Notes: generated by a model from the letters alone, not told the origin. A DNA stretch of 62,421 nt, filler included, from Stramenopiles sp. TOSAG23-3 (GCA_900128585.1; 9 parts of 9 records of this genome joined end to end with filler, not necessarily neighbours in it), one strand, 5' to 3'. Counted from the first letter of the whole stretch, positions 33,198 to 43,756 are shown. Numbers and translations are program-made.

Positions 33198-33447
33198 CAT
33201 ACTATATCATTAGCAAGAAAATTGGCTGTTATTATTTATTCCTAGTAAAAAACAAAAAACAACAAGAAGAAAATTGGGTATTATTTAAGTAAATTAAAAT
33301 TTATAGGATGTTTAACCAATTTTTCTTGTTTTTTTTAAATTTAATTACTTAAATAAAAGCCAATTTTCTTGTTTTATTTATCATAAACTTTAAAAATAAA
33401 AGGCACTTATATTTTGGTCTCTAAAAATCACCAATTTTCTTGTTTTT
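33198..33447. repeat. Cluster of about five copies or fragments of the dispersed 3'-intergenic element in both orientations
   Basis: Minus copies at 33214 and 33261; plus copies at 33315, 33337 and 33431; CATACTATAT motif at 33198. Confidence 0.88.
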
Positions 33448-33452
33448 AAAAA

Positions 33453-36422
33453 TCACCAAAGTGCAATTACCATAACCCCTATGTTGTCGCGGGAGTCACG
33501 CACATAAGCTTCTTGGGCCAACGATTTGCTGCTGTTGTGGCAAAACTCGTGCCTATTGTTCTGTCCCTCCGGTCCAAACACTCTGAGCGAATTCCATACG
33601 ATGCCTACAGCGTCCGCATTACTCACCACGTCCCACAACCCATCTGTCCCAAGAATAAGAAACTTGTAGCCTTCGCTATCGGATGAACGCTTGTATGTGC
33701 GGTTGAATATCGACGGTACGGATATCGAATACTGTTTTACTTTCAGTTCCTTGTCCCCGAACGATCTAGAAATGGCAAGCTGTCCTTGCACTCTCCATAC
33801 CCCTCGCTTTTCAACAAACCCCCCGTTTGCTTCAATTCTACTTTGCTCTTCGGGAACATTTGGCTTGTGGTCTGATGACATTTGAACCGGGTTCCCACCA
33901 CTATCGCAGCATAAAACGGCCCTAGAATCACCGACGGAACCGACAACTAGTGAGTCCTCGTTGTCCCCTTTTACTCTCAGGAAGACCGTACCCGTGCTAC
34001 CGGATTTGTTGTCCTCCCAAAGTGAATCTAATATTAACTGGTCTACGAATGAGAACGTCCTCCTTAAACTTTTTTCAACGCATTCCACAGTCAACACATC
34101 TTGTTCCCCATAGCACGTCATGCCTATGGATCGTTTCAGGGCGACGAAAAACGATGATACTAAAAACTTCGCAACAAATTTGCCAAGGTGGCCATCAAAT
34201 ACACCGTACATGTCAATCACTTCGTATTTTTCAGCTTTGGAAGCAAACGTACCGGAATCAATACTAAAATAGTCTTCCATGTACTTTCGCCTACCTTGCA
34301 GGCCGCACGCATCGAACGTTCCGATTTCCCCGTTGTGCCACAAATGATGGTGGCGGAGACCAAATCCTGGTTGAACCTCGCAACTAGGCAGGCGCGACGA
34401 GTCGTATTGGCAAAACAATGATCTGCGGGGGGATCTCTGTCTCTGCAGTTTGTCACCCCCCGAGGTTGTCGCTACTGCTTTAGAAATGTGGTGGCGTCGA
34501 CCATGCATATGGGTGTTGCATGATGCCCACGAATCAAAAATTCTACCGCAGGTGGGGCATTTATACGCATGGGGCAAAGGCTGAGGCGAGGATTGCCCGG
34601 GGTTACTTTCACCACCACGGGAGTTGTTTGGGCAGTACTTTGAAAGCTTTCGGGGAAACTCGTAAACCTTTCCCGTTGCGTGACATTTGTACAGACTATC
34701 TTCATCGCGAAAATATACGTGCCTAAGAGCCTCGGGGGCTGAAACTCGATCACCAGGGCGCATTTGAAGCAACCGCCAGAGTAATTTCACACCCCATGCG
34801 TTTGAAGCGTCTAAGAAGTCTTTCATACCTCGATTCAAAGGATCTTTCTCTTTTAACTTGTTTCTAAAAGTAGTAAACGCTGGGTTCTCATCTACTGGCT
34901 CTTGGTGTGCAGCGCCTTCATTTGGAATATTGGTCTCCCTATCGCTACACGTTTTAAGGTCCTCCCTATTATCCTTCTCTCGAATGGTTAGAGGTGCTAA
35001 GGGAGATTCCTCAATTGCATTAACGATCATTGTCAAGGCATTTGAAGTCTCCTCTGCGATAACAGAAGATCCCATCGCAAGCTGCTGAGAATTAACCAGG
35101 GCGTTTTGTCGCTTTGCCCCCCAAAGTGACCTCGTTTCCCTGTCGATTCGTTTCCGGCTCACGGTCGACACAATCGCGCTACTGGCTCTACCACTCTGTG
35201 TAAGGGTGGAGGATATAGGCACAACTTTCATGTGGGTGGGGTTAAAGATCCCCCATTCTGCAAGACCCTGGAGGAAAAAGGCTCGCTCAACATCTTTTCT
35301 ATCGTGAATGCCCTGGCGAGATAAACGGTGCTCAATGATTTTCTTTGCTTTGTCACTGATCTCAAACGGTGCTTTGTTCGCCAACAGAATTTCCAGCCAT
35401 ACCACCCCGATGGACCACATGTCGTACTGCTTTGCCCCAGCTATTGCATTGCGTGTGCCGTATCGAGCGTATGGAAGCGTATTGCTTAATTTAACTTCTG
35501 GCGGCATGTATTCGCCCGTTTCGTCTTCTTGACTCGGACCGGTCTCATCGTATAGAAATCCTGTGCTGTATTCAACTTCTACGACGGCACTTCCAAAATC
35601 GGCTAGGCGTAGTTTCGGTGGAAATTCTTTGCTGTTTATAATCAAGTTTCCAGGCTTGATGTCTCGATGAGCGATATTCATGGAGTGGCAGCCCTGTATT
35701 GCCGTTAGCAGTTGTTTTATTATTTCACGCAAGACTTTTTCGCCATCATGTTGCAATCTCATACGGCGCCAAAAGGGCGACGGGGTTGTAATCATATGCC
35801 GCGTTTCATACAGATATGACCGCAGGGATAGGCCTTCGTCTCTAAATATGATCCACAGATCCTCAAGATGAGACTCTGATTTTGAAATTTTCGATGTTGA
35901 CCTCGGAAGCGTAAAGTGTTCGATGTAGCGTGCAATATTTTCCCTATTTTTCAAGCGTTTGCCAAAGTATATTTCCCGCAAACCGGAGAGGCGAAGGGCT
36001 TCCGACTTTTCTATAAAAATCCGTTTCGCTACAAAATCTTCCATTTTATGTCGCAGGGACGTGGTCCGCCAAAGTTCGCCGTGTGCACCCCTGTTGAACT
36101 TTTCGCGAAGTTCGTAGAATTGATTGAAAAATGGTCTTGTTGGAGACGGTAGAGAGCGCGGAACCCTTTCTTGAAGGGCTTGGATTTTCCTTTCTAAAAC
36201 ATACTCTTGCTTTATTATTGTGCCGTGGGTTACCCCACCCGTTACTTTGCGAAGCATCATATTGGCCTGTTCCCACATCGAAACTGCGGTAGAAGAAAAC
36301 TGCCAAGAAGAAGCCAAAACAAAGCCTCCTTGTAGGAGAATTAGGAAAGAGGTACCCCAGAACAACCACCATCTTAATTTCATGGATATACCTCTTCTCT
36401 CGTCAAGATTTAGAAATTTCAT
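33453..36422 (-). CDS. Ser/Thr kinase - C2H2 zinc finger - PP2C phosphatase fusion with hydrophobic N-terminus
   Basis: Kinase: GAHGELW, VAKR, HRDIKPGN, DFG, PPE, DMWSIG. C2H2: CPTC-x12-HMHGRRH. PP2C: GRRKYMED, FDGHLG, VGDSRAV, DHKP, SRSFGD, TDGLWD, DNI. Confidence 0.93.
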   Translation of the reverse strand: MKFLNLDERRGISMKLRWWLFWGTSFLILLQGGFVLASSWQFSSTAVSMWEQANMMLRKVTGGVTHGTIIKQEYVLERKIQALQERVPRSLPSPTRPFFNQFYELREKFNRGAHGELWRTTSLRHKMEDFVAKRIFIEKSEALRLSGLREIYFGKRLKNRENIARYIEHFTLPRSTSKISKSESHLEDLWIIFRDEGLSLRSYLYETRHMITTPSPFWRRMRLQHDGEKVLREIIKQLLTAIQGCHSMNIAHRDIKPGNLIINSKEFPPKLRLADFGSAVVEVEYSTGFLYDETGPSQEDETGEYMPPEVKLSNTLPYARYGTRNAIAGAKQYDMWSIGVVWLEILLANKAPFEISDKAKKIIEHRLSRQGIHDRKDVERAFFLQGLAEWGIFNPTHMKVVPISSTLTQSGRASSAIVSTVSRKRIDRETRSLWGAKRQNALVNSQQLAMGSSVIAEETSNALTMIVNAIEESPLAPLTIREKDNREDLKTCSDRETNIPNEGAAHQEPVDENPAFTTFRNKLKEKDPLNRGMKDFLDASNAWGVKLLWRLLQMRPGDRVSAPEALRHVYFRDEDSLYKCHATGKVYEFPRKLSKYCPNNSRGGESNPGQSSPQPLPHAYKCPTCGRIFDSWASCNTHMHGRRHHISKAVATTSGGDKLQRQRSPRRSLFCQYDSSRLPSCEVQPGFGLRHHHLWHNGEIGTFDACGLQGRRKYMEDYFSIDSGTFASKAEKYEVIDMYGVFDGHLGKFVAKFLVSSFFVALKRSIGMTCYGEQDVLTVECVEKSLRRTFSFVDQLILDSLWEDNKSGSTGTVFLRVKGDNEDSLVVGSVGDSRAVLCCDSGGNPVQMSSDHKPNVPEEQSRIEANGGFVEKRGVWRVQGQLAISRSFGDKELKVKQYSISVPSIFNRTYKRSSDSEGYKFLILGTDGLWDVVSNADAVGIVWNSLRVFGPEGQNNRHEFCHNSSKSLAQEAYVRDSRDNIGVMVIALW

Positions 36423-36707
36423 GACTGCAGTTATCTTCCAACGCCAAAGTCGATAAGTTTACCCAGTTTGGTATTTAATAAACATTAAAATGCCGACCCA
36501 TATTGTTTTACCCTCTCCACCTTGTCACTCGTATGTTACTTGGGGCTTTTTATTTTGCTTTCTTTCGCTTCGGCGATTGTTACTAACCGCTTCGGTGGTT
36601 GCTTGTTTTTTATTTTTATTACTACACTACTCTTTTCTCTTCACATCAACGCAATTAGTTTCAATGTTATATATATTTTATATTCCGCAGTGGACAGTTG
36701 ATCGGAT

Positions 36708-37170
36708 GATTCTTCTTCTTCTTTTTTCTTCTTCTTTTTTTTTCTTCTCACTCTTCTTCTTCTTCTTCTTCTTCGTCGAATTTTAATTTATTAAAAATAA
36801 TATTATAAATATAGTCTATCATCTTCTTTTCTTCTTCTTTCATTCTTCTTCTTTCTTCTTCTTGTTCTTCTTCTTCTTGTTCTTCTTCTTCTTTCTTCTT
36901 CTTGTTCTTCTTCTTGTTCTTCTTCTTCTTTCTTCTTCTTCTTCTTCTTCTTTCATTCTTCTTCTTTCATTCTTCTTCATCTTTCTTCTTCATCATCTTC
37001 TTCTTCTTCCTTTTCTTCTTCTTTCTTCTTCTTCATCTTCTTCTTCATCATCTTCTTCTTTCTTTTCTTCTTCTTCTTCTTTCTTCTTCTCATTTATTTG
37101 TTCATCATTATCACATCATCTCTCCTCTCTCCTCGAAGATTCTTTTTTCTTCTCTTTTCTCTTTTCTCTT
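36708..37170. repeat. (TTC)n-rich microsatellite
   Basis: Direct inspection. Explains the spurious poly-Phe/Leu/Ser ORFs. Confidence 0.95.
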
Positions 37171-37765
37171 CATTCTACACAAATATTTTTATCATGAAAA
37201 TCTCATTTATTTCATAGGGTAATTTGAGTATAATACAATATATACTAATTATTATCCTATAAAAAAAACCCGTTAAATTTGAAGATTACAACGGATGGTA
37301 CTCTGTGTTCTTGCTTGACAAAAGTAAGGAAAATTATGTCCCTCTTGAAATTCCATCTATCGGTTCTTTCGTGCAAATTATTATTAACTTTATATAACCT
37401 GTTTCACGAAATGATAAATATATGTGTACTATCACGACTGTTCATCCCTTCCTTAATTATCGAAGTGAAGGGCTTTTTTCATTTATTAAGCAGTGTCCCT
37501 TCCACATTGAGTTTTTAATTTTATTTAAATGGTAATTCCATGTAATGTAAATAGAGTATGCTGGAGATATATCGTTATTCTTGAACATAGGAACAGCACT
37601 ATCCTTCTGGATAATTGAGGGAAAGAGTGATGCTTTATTCAGAGTGGATTTTACATCATCGCATTGCATGCATGAATTGCAAGGTGACGACTATTATACT
37701 AGAGCATAAAAAACAACCGAACAGCCAAAACAATTACTAATTATGAACGCACTCAATAAACCAAA

Positions 37766-38282
37766 TTCCATAGTCATAATGTCTCTGGTTGGACAACTGT
37801 TCGGAGCAGAGTTTGTAAGTCATGACAATCTTATTTGCCATCGGACCACCCTCCAAGTACCCCATACTGTAAAGAATAATTTCACCAATCATTGCATAAT
37901 CTGGAACCATCATTGCCACGGCTCGAAACAGTGCTTTGAGATTATCCGGCAGTTCCTGCCTTCCTGCATAGCCCGGATTCATTGTTACGAACACATTGCA
38001 TGTGCGTCGAAGAATGATGTTTTCTCCCTCGAAATCAAATCGGTCCATTTTTGCAACTTTTGCCCTAGTTATGGTTAAAATCTGTTGCGCAATGACTGAC
38101 AACACTTCTAAATCGATTCTATTGAACTCATCGAAACATGACCATGCACCAGTGCCTGCAAGCCCTTTGAAAAATTTTCCCATGGCTTTATAATCTAGCG
38201 AATCGGAACAATTGTATACAACACACTGGATGGCACAAGCTTTGCCAAGATCTTTTACCGTTTCGGTTTTGCCAGTTCCTGC
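37766..38282 (-). pseudogene. Second dynein heavy chain fragment (AAA1, from AGTGKTET to HYDYG)
   Basis: [48 protein letters not shown] and [12 protein letters not shown]. Homology stops where MRAV would be expected. 5' end runs to the contig edge. Confidence 0.92.
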
Positions 38283-38439
38283 NNNNNNNNNNNNNNNNNN
38301 NNNNNNNNNNNNNNNNNNNNNNNNNNTTAATTAATTAANNNNNNNNNNNNNNNNNNNNNNNNNNNNNNNNNNNNNNNNNNNNCTTCCGGAAGTGTTGGAG
38401 AGACTAGAGTTATTCAGTGCAAGCATAGCATGAGTTGCA

Positions 38440-41094
38440 ATGTCTTCTAAAGGCCAGGAAGAGGCGGCAGAGCCCATAAAGGTTCTAAACGGCAACTATG
38501 TTCTGGTTAGGGAGCTTTTAGAGCATACAAAATGGTCAAGTGCAACTGTTGTTCCTTCAGTAGCAAAAGGAAACAACATTTGGATAGGGCAGCACACTAA
38601 GGGTTGGGAGTCGCTTATTGTAAAATGCCGGAAGGTGAACTCTAAAACAAAAATTTACCACAAGAACGAGTTGGAGTGTTTGAGACGGTTGGGAAAGGCG
38701 CACAAGCACATAACAAAATTGTTGGACTGGTCAAATGGGCCCACCAACGTGGATAGGCATGGAATACGAACCATAACCATATACGAACACGCCCCGCACG
38801 GAAGTCTTGCGGATGCTCTGCCGTCCAAAGGAGGGTTTCAGGAGAATGTGGCCCGAACGTATTTTCAACAAATTGCAAGTGCAGTAGATTTTTGTCACCG
38901 AAACCGTATTTGCCACACAGACGTGTGTTTAGAAAATGTCTTTTTAGATGCAAATTACGTCGCAAAGCTTGGCAGCTTTGGACGCGCAGTTTATGGGGGA
39001 GTAGGGACGGTTTTGAGTTGCAAACATGTCCTTGGAAACCAAAAGTATACCTTAGACCCCGCAGTCAATGACAACGGGTCGGGCACATACAACGCCCTCA
39101 TGGGAGACGTATGGTCGCTGGGAGTAGTTTGCTTTACCCTTTTAACAGGTTACCCACCATTTAATCGAGATGCAGGAAAAAATCACTGCTGGTGGTTAAA
39201 TTCACTGTTTGAAGGAGACGCGGGCGTGGAGCGCTTTTGGCACAACCAAAAACTTATCGGCTTTAACACCGACAACGCCATTCCTTTGATCCAGGGATTG
39301 CTGAAGGCCGAGCCAAAAGACCGCCCGTCAGCGTACGCTGCGAAGTTTGATCCATGGGTTGTCAACGGTAACATGGCAAATCCGACAACGTTGGCCGCGT
39401 ACATGAGGACATTTTGCCCAAAAATAACAGGCCTTGGACTAGAAGGGCAGTCCTTCAGACAAAACGAAGCGTACGATTCACGATTGCGAGGGCAGACGGG
39501 AGTAGAGAGGTACAAGTATTTGTACAAGAACGATGTAAAGGACAAAGCTTTTGACAACGTGAATCGGACTGCCATTGCGCAGTTGGGAATTGCCAGAACA
39601 AAGCAGCTAGCAGAGGACAAAGGCATATACCCAAAGCTAGAAGAAATGTGGTTAAAAGCTTGCGACAACCAAATAACGATTAAACCCCCAGAAGGAGAGA
39701 TAATCACGATGTACATGCAGAACAACTGGACTATCAGAGACGTTTTGGAAGGCGTCCAGAAACGAAGGGGCTACGATGCGAACCATTATGTCATTACGAC
39801 GTGCGGAACTCGCCTGGCTGAAGACATGGTAATTGGGGAACACAAACTGTTCAGCAGGCAAGATACGGTTTTTCGATTATTCAGCAAAACGTTTTGGGAA
39901 AAGAAGGAAGTAGAGAAGCAAAAGCGAAAGACGAAGCGGGACATCAGGGATTCTATCGTGCTGAGTTTGGAAGCAATATTCAAAACCCTTGATGCTGACG
40001 AAAGCGGCATATTGGAAAGGCACGAGGTGATCGATGGGCTGACGACCCTCAGTGAGAAAAACGGAATCTACGAGCTGCTGAAAGAATTGCCAGGTCTCAC
40101 TATTTTGCGAGATGCAAGACTTTGGGAAGAAGCGTTTAGGGTCAGTGATGCGGGGGGCAAAGGAGGACTGACACTCTTAGAGTTTTCCATGTTTGCTCGA
40201 AAATTAGTCGCCACTAGTGGCATACGAACCGTTGTACGGCAAATTTTCGACCATTTGGATCCGTTGGACCGTGGCATTTTGGAAAAAGAGTCCTTGTTGA
40301 CCGCTTGCGGCGGAAACGCATTCGTTCGGGAAAAGCTACACAGTACCAATCAATTGAAGATTTTGAAAAAGCCTGGACTTTACAGCGACAAACTTACAGA
40401 ATTAGAGACTGATGTGTTTGGGCACCTATCGTTTGAGGAAACTGTGCAATTCTCCAATGATATGCATCGCCGAAGAGGTAACATAGGAGACCCAGACGCG
40501 GACAAAAACAACACCGAGTCCAGGGCAATTTCTTGGACTGAAGGTAAATGGAGCTTTACGGGGGCCTTCTCGAAAGAAGCTCTGGCTAGAAGAATGAAGG
40601 AAGAGGAAGACAATATGAGACGGGAAGCGAAACGTAAAGAAATGCAGAGGCTTCAAGCGATAGAGAAAAAGAAAATAATGGACAAAGAGAAGAATCGGAA
40701 AGACGCCGTGAAGACGATCAAAGATCGATACTCACACTTGCATGACTTTTTCAACTCTTTTAAAATTGACGATCCTTTAATGACGTACGAAGACTTCGTC
40801 GACGACTGCTGCAGAATATTTCAAGAGATTCGCGCGTCTGGTAAGAAGCCACAGAGAAGTTGGGGTTTAAGGACTGCATGTGAAGCCCTGCCCCAGGAAA
40901 TCTGGGCTGTGCACCACAGCTACCCTAGTGTCAAAGCTTCAGGCGCCGCTTTTCGGAATCTAGACCCTGACAAAACAGGGGAAATAACTCTGAAAGTTTT
41001 TGTTGCTGCGTGCGAAGAAATCGGATACAATTTTGGGCCTGAAGTAGCCGTAGATTTGCACAAAAAGTACATTGTCAACGATGATTTTCAATGA
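38440..41094 (+). CDS. CAMK-like pseudokinase with ubiquitin-like domain, EF-hands and coiled coil
   Basis: ARTYFQQIASAVDFCH, HTDVCLEN, KLGSFG and DVWSLGV. Ubl-like ITIKPPEGEIITM...WTIRDV...GTRL. EF loops DADESGILERHE, DAGGKGGLTLLE, DPLDRGILEKES and DPDKTGEITLKV. Confidence 0.88.
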   Translation: MSSKGQEEAAEPIKVLNGNYVLVRELLEHTKWSSATVVPSVAKGNNIWIGQHTKGWESLIVKCRKVNSKTKIYHKNELECLRRLGKAHKHITKLLDWSNGPTNVDRHGIRTITIYEHAPHGSLADALPSKGGFQENVARTYFQQIASAVDFCHRNRICHTDVCLENVFLDANYVAKLGSFGRAVYGGVGTVLSCKHVLGNQKYTLDPAVNDNGSGTYNALMGDVWSLGVVCFTLLTGYPPFNRDAGKNHCWWLNSLFEGDAGVERFWHNQKLIGFNTDNAIPLIQGLLKAEPKDRPSAYAAKFDPWVVNGNMANPTTLAAYMRTFCPKITGLGLEGQSFRQNEAYDSRLRGQTGVERYKYLYKNDVKDKAFDNVNRTAIAQLGIARTKQLAEDKGIYPKLEEMWLKACDNQITIKPPEGEIITMYMQNNWTIRDVLEGVQKRRGYDANHYVITTCGTRLAEDMVIGEHKLFSRQDTVFRLFSKTFWEKKEVEKQKRKTKRDIRDSIVLSLEAIFKTLDADESGILERHEVIDGLTTLSEKNGIYELLKELPGLTILRDARLWEEAFRVSDAGGKGGLTLLEFSMFARKLVATSGIRTVVRQIFDHLDPLDRGILEKESLLTACGGNAFVREKLHSTNQLKILKKPGLYSDKLTELETDVFGHLSFEETVQFSNDMHRRRGNIGDPDADKNNTESRAISWTEGKWSFTGAFSKEALARRMKEEEDNMRREAKRKEMQRLQAIEKKKIMDKEKNRKDAVKTIKDRYSHLHDFFNSFKIDDPLMTYEDFVDDCCRIFQEIRASGKKPQRSWGLRTACEALPQEIWAVHHSYPSVKASGAAFRNLDPDKTGEITLKVFVAACEEIGYNFGPEVAVDLHKKYIVNDDFQ

Positions 41095-41707
41095 TAAATC
41101 AAGAAATAAAAATGTAACTGTACAGTAATTAGTTCTGATGTAATAGAGAATTATTAGTCGTCTACGAGTAGTTTAGCTCTAATAAAAGAAGATGCAGAGG
41201 AGTTTTTGAAGTACGTACCATCAGGTATAATATAATGCACCAAGGGGTACGTGAACGTGGGTGGGACACCGTGCTTTTCGTCGCCTGCGTGATGCTGTGT
41301 AGCTGTTCGCGAGGCTCGAAAATGAAACGGATTTTTTTCCACATCTCTGCTCTGCAAGTACATTATCCCCGTATACTTAGTATTATCAGTCCTGGAAAAC
41401 CCCCAAACCCAACAAATACAAATGCAATGAGGACAATGAGGACAATGAGGAGAGAGCCCACAGCATTAGCAGAACCGCTATTACCCTAAGAAATGGAGTA
41501 TCGCAGCAGCAGCAACAACAACAACAGCAGCAACAAAATGTGATCGTTGAATGTTTGTACTGTATTAATTGTCGTCCGCCCGACCAGACTAATCATAATG
41601 CGTTTGAAGAGTAAACAAAAAACAGCGGTGTTTCTTCAAGAATTGTTTCTTTTCTATGAAGCGAACGCGCAGAGCATCTCTGACACAATATTGAACGACA
41701 CGCCGCT

Positions 41708-43639
41708 ATGGCCACCAGTAAATATGTGCTAACTAGTGCTCAGGCAAAGACTGTCGGCGGGAGACCTCCGTGGCCTAACTCGGCTTCGGACGATGGAGCT
41801 GCCGACTCAGACATTGGCCTAGAGACAGTAGGTGAAAATTTAGGGGAGGGAGGAGAATTGGCCACAGTAGATGAAAATGAAGAGGGTGAGGTATCAAGGG
41901 AAATGTTAATTGCGATGGCAGAGTTGACGTTTGATTGGTTGAAGCCGCCCGAAAAGAAGAAGAAGAAAAAACGTGGACGGGGTCGAAAGCGAGGAAGCAG
42001 CAAAGGCTCTAAATCCCCCTTGCGGTCTTCACGAACACCTGTTAGGGGAAGATCAGCCTCTGCTTCTCCTTCTCGATCCCGCCCTGGAGCGGATCGTCAC
42101 GCAAAGCTCATGAACAAAAATTTGGCGGCATCGAAGAAGCGAACAGGCCGTTCAGCTTCTGCCTCTAGATCCCCTAGCCGAAGCAGGATATCAATGTCGC
42201 GCTCTCCAAGCAGGTCAAGTTCGAAAGATGGAAAAAAGGGAAAGAAGAAGAGAAAGAAGAAAAAGAAGAAGAAAGAGCCAGTGAACCCATTTGAAGAGAA
42301 ATGGAACGCTTGGTATGAAAGTAATAGCCCATTTTTGGAAGAGGGTACATTGCTTAACGCACTGTCCTTGGTTTTGCGAGTATTTGAGCAAACGTTCAAG
42401 ATTGACCCTAACGCACTGGCAGACTTGCTAAATAGAAAGGTTTTTGAAAAGGATCAAATTATTGCCGACTTGCAAGCGGCACTGGAAGAGGAGGCAAGAA
42501 AAGTGTTTGAAACGAAGCGAATGGCGCTCGATTATCGCACAGAAATGAAGAAGGCGGTGAAGCGTTTGAAAGATTTTGAATTGCTGAAGTCGAATGCCGT
42601 GCGAAATATGGAAATAGCCGAGCGGGACAAAAGAGCCGCGTTAAAGGAAGCGAAGAGACTGTCAGACATAAACGAGGACTTAAAGGATGAGCTGAAAGCA
42701 ATGACGAAGTCCCGCGATAAAGCGCTAACAAAAATTGAAAGGCGAGAAAAAGCGATCTCAATTTTGAACGGAAAATTAACGAAGGCAATAGGCGAGAAAG
42801 CGATAGTTGAACAGCGAAAAGGAAGGGAAAGCGACATGTTGCGTCGGACCGAGCACAGGTGCGGTAAGTTGGAAGCCAAAGTTCTCGAAATGGAAGAAGA
42901 ACGAAGGTTAAAGAAAATCGAGTTTGAAGAAGAAATTGAGGCTATGGTAAAAAGTTCAAACGCTAGTACATTACAATACAAACGACAGGTGGACAAAGCA
43001 AACGGAACCATAGCAGATTACAGGATTCAAGTGCATGAATGGCAGGTCAAAGAGCTTAGTCAAATGCCCACTACAATCGACAAGGCCGTGAAACGAATCG
43101 CTAACCATGCTGCCCAGTTTATGGATAAAATCAACGAGGAGGCCAAGCACGACCCGAAGAGAGAGACAAGCGATGAATACAGACGGAGGTGGAAGGCTAT
43201 ACGTTTTCAAGTAGAAGAAATGAGAACAATGGCATGGAACATGTTGGATAGCGCGAAATTAAAGGCTTTGGTTCGTACGAAGAAAGAGCATGATTTGGAG
43301 ACTGTAGTTTCGGAGTGGAAGTTGAAGGCACAAGCTGCTTCGGCAGAACTAGCAAAAGAAAGGGTGCTGACAAAAATGCTACGGCGAGTATTTCAGAATG
43401 TTGGTGGCAGAATGCGGGGAATTCTGCACGTTAGTGGAACAAAGAAGAAGGAAGTGTTTTCCGTTTTAGAAAAGAATAGAAAATGGGACATTCAGACCGG
43501 AAGCATGTTTACACTAACGTGTTGCAAATGGTGCGGCCATTTCTTCGTGGAAGAGGACGGTATCTGGCCATGCCCATGCGAAGTCGCTGGTCAAGATCAT
43601 GAGGTTTTAGAAGAAATGGAGGACCCGACGACGCTGTGA
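41708..43639 (+). CDS. Long coiled-coil protein with K/RS-rich region and C-terminal Cys/His cluster
   Basis: 643-aa ORF with a heptad-rich core and CCKWCGH...CPC...H at the C-terminus. Confidence 0.8.
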   Translation: MATSKYVLTSAQAKTVGGRPPWPNSASDDGAADSDIGLETVGENLGEGGELATVDENEEGEVSREMLIAMAELTFDWLKPPEKKKKKKRGRGRKRGSSKGSKSPLRSSRTPVRGRSASASPSRSRPGADRHAKLMNKNLAASKKRTGRSASASRSPSRSRISMSRSPSRSSSKDGKKGKKKRKKKKKKKEPVNPFEEKWNAWYESNSPFLEEGTLLNALSLVLRVFEQTFKIDPNALADLLNRKVFEKDQIIADLQAALEEEARKVFETKRMALDYRTEMKKAVKRLKDFELLKSNAVRNMEIAERDKRAALKEAKRLSDINEDLKDELKAMTKSRDKALTKIERREKAISILNGKLTKAIGEKAIVEQRKGRESDMLRRTEHRCGKLEAKVLEMEEERRLKKIEFEEEIEAMVKSSNASTLQYKRQVDKANGTIADYRIQVHEWQVKELSQMPTTIDKAVKRIANHAAQFMDKINEEAKHDPKRETSDEYRRRWKAIRFQVEEMRTMAWNMLDSAKLKALVRTKKEHDLETVVSEWKLKAQAASAELAKERVLTKMLRRVFQNVGGRMRGILHVSGTKKKEVFSVLEKNRKWDIQTGSMFTLTCCKWCGHFFVEEDGIWPCPCEVAGQDHEVLEEMEDPTTL

Positions 43640-43756
43640 GCCCGAATAGAATTAGAATTGCATTAGAGCCGTCTTCTTTTGCCATAATAAGAAATACAGA
43701 GTGTAATTTATAATAAAAAAATAAATTACAGAACCAGGTTAGGATTAGGGTACGAC

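Noticed and set aside
36490-37222. Phe/Leu/Ser-rich ORFs (also 16622..16987 and 60361..60687)
   Set aside because: Translations of microsatellites.
41154-41489. Short ORFs between the pseudokinase and coiled-coil genes
   Set aside because: No motifs, competing frames on both strands, and no supported splice model.
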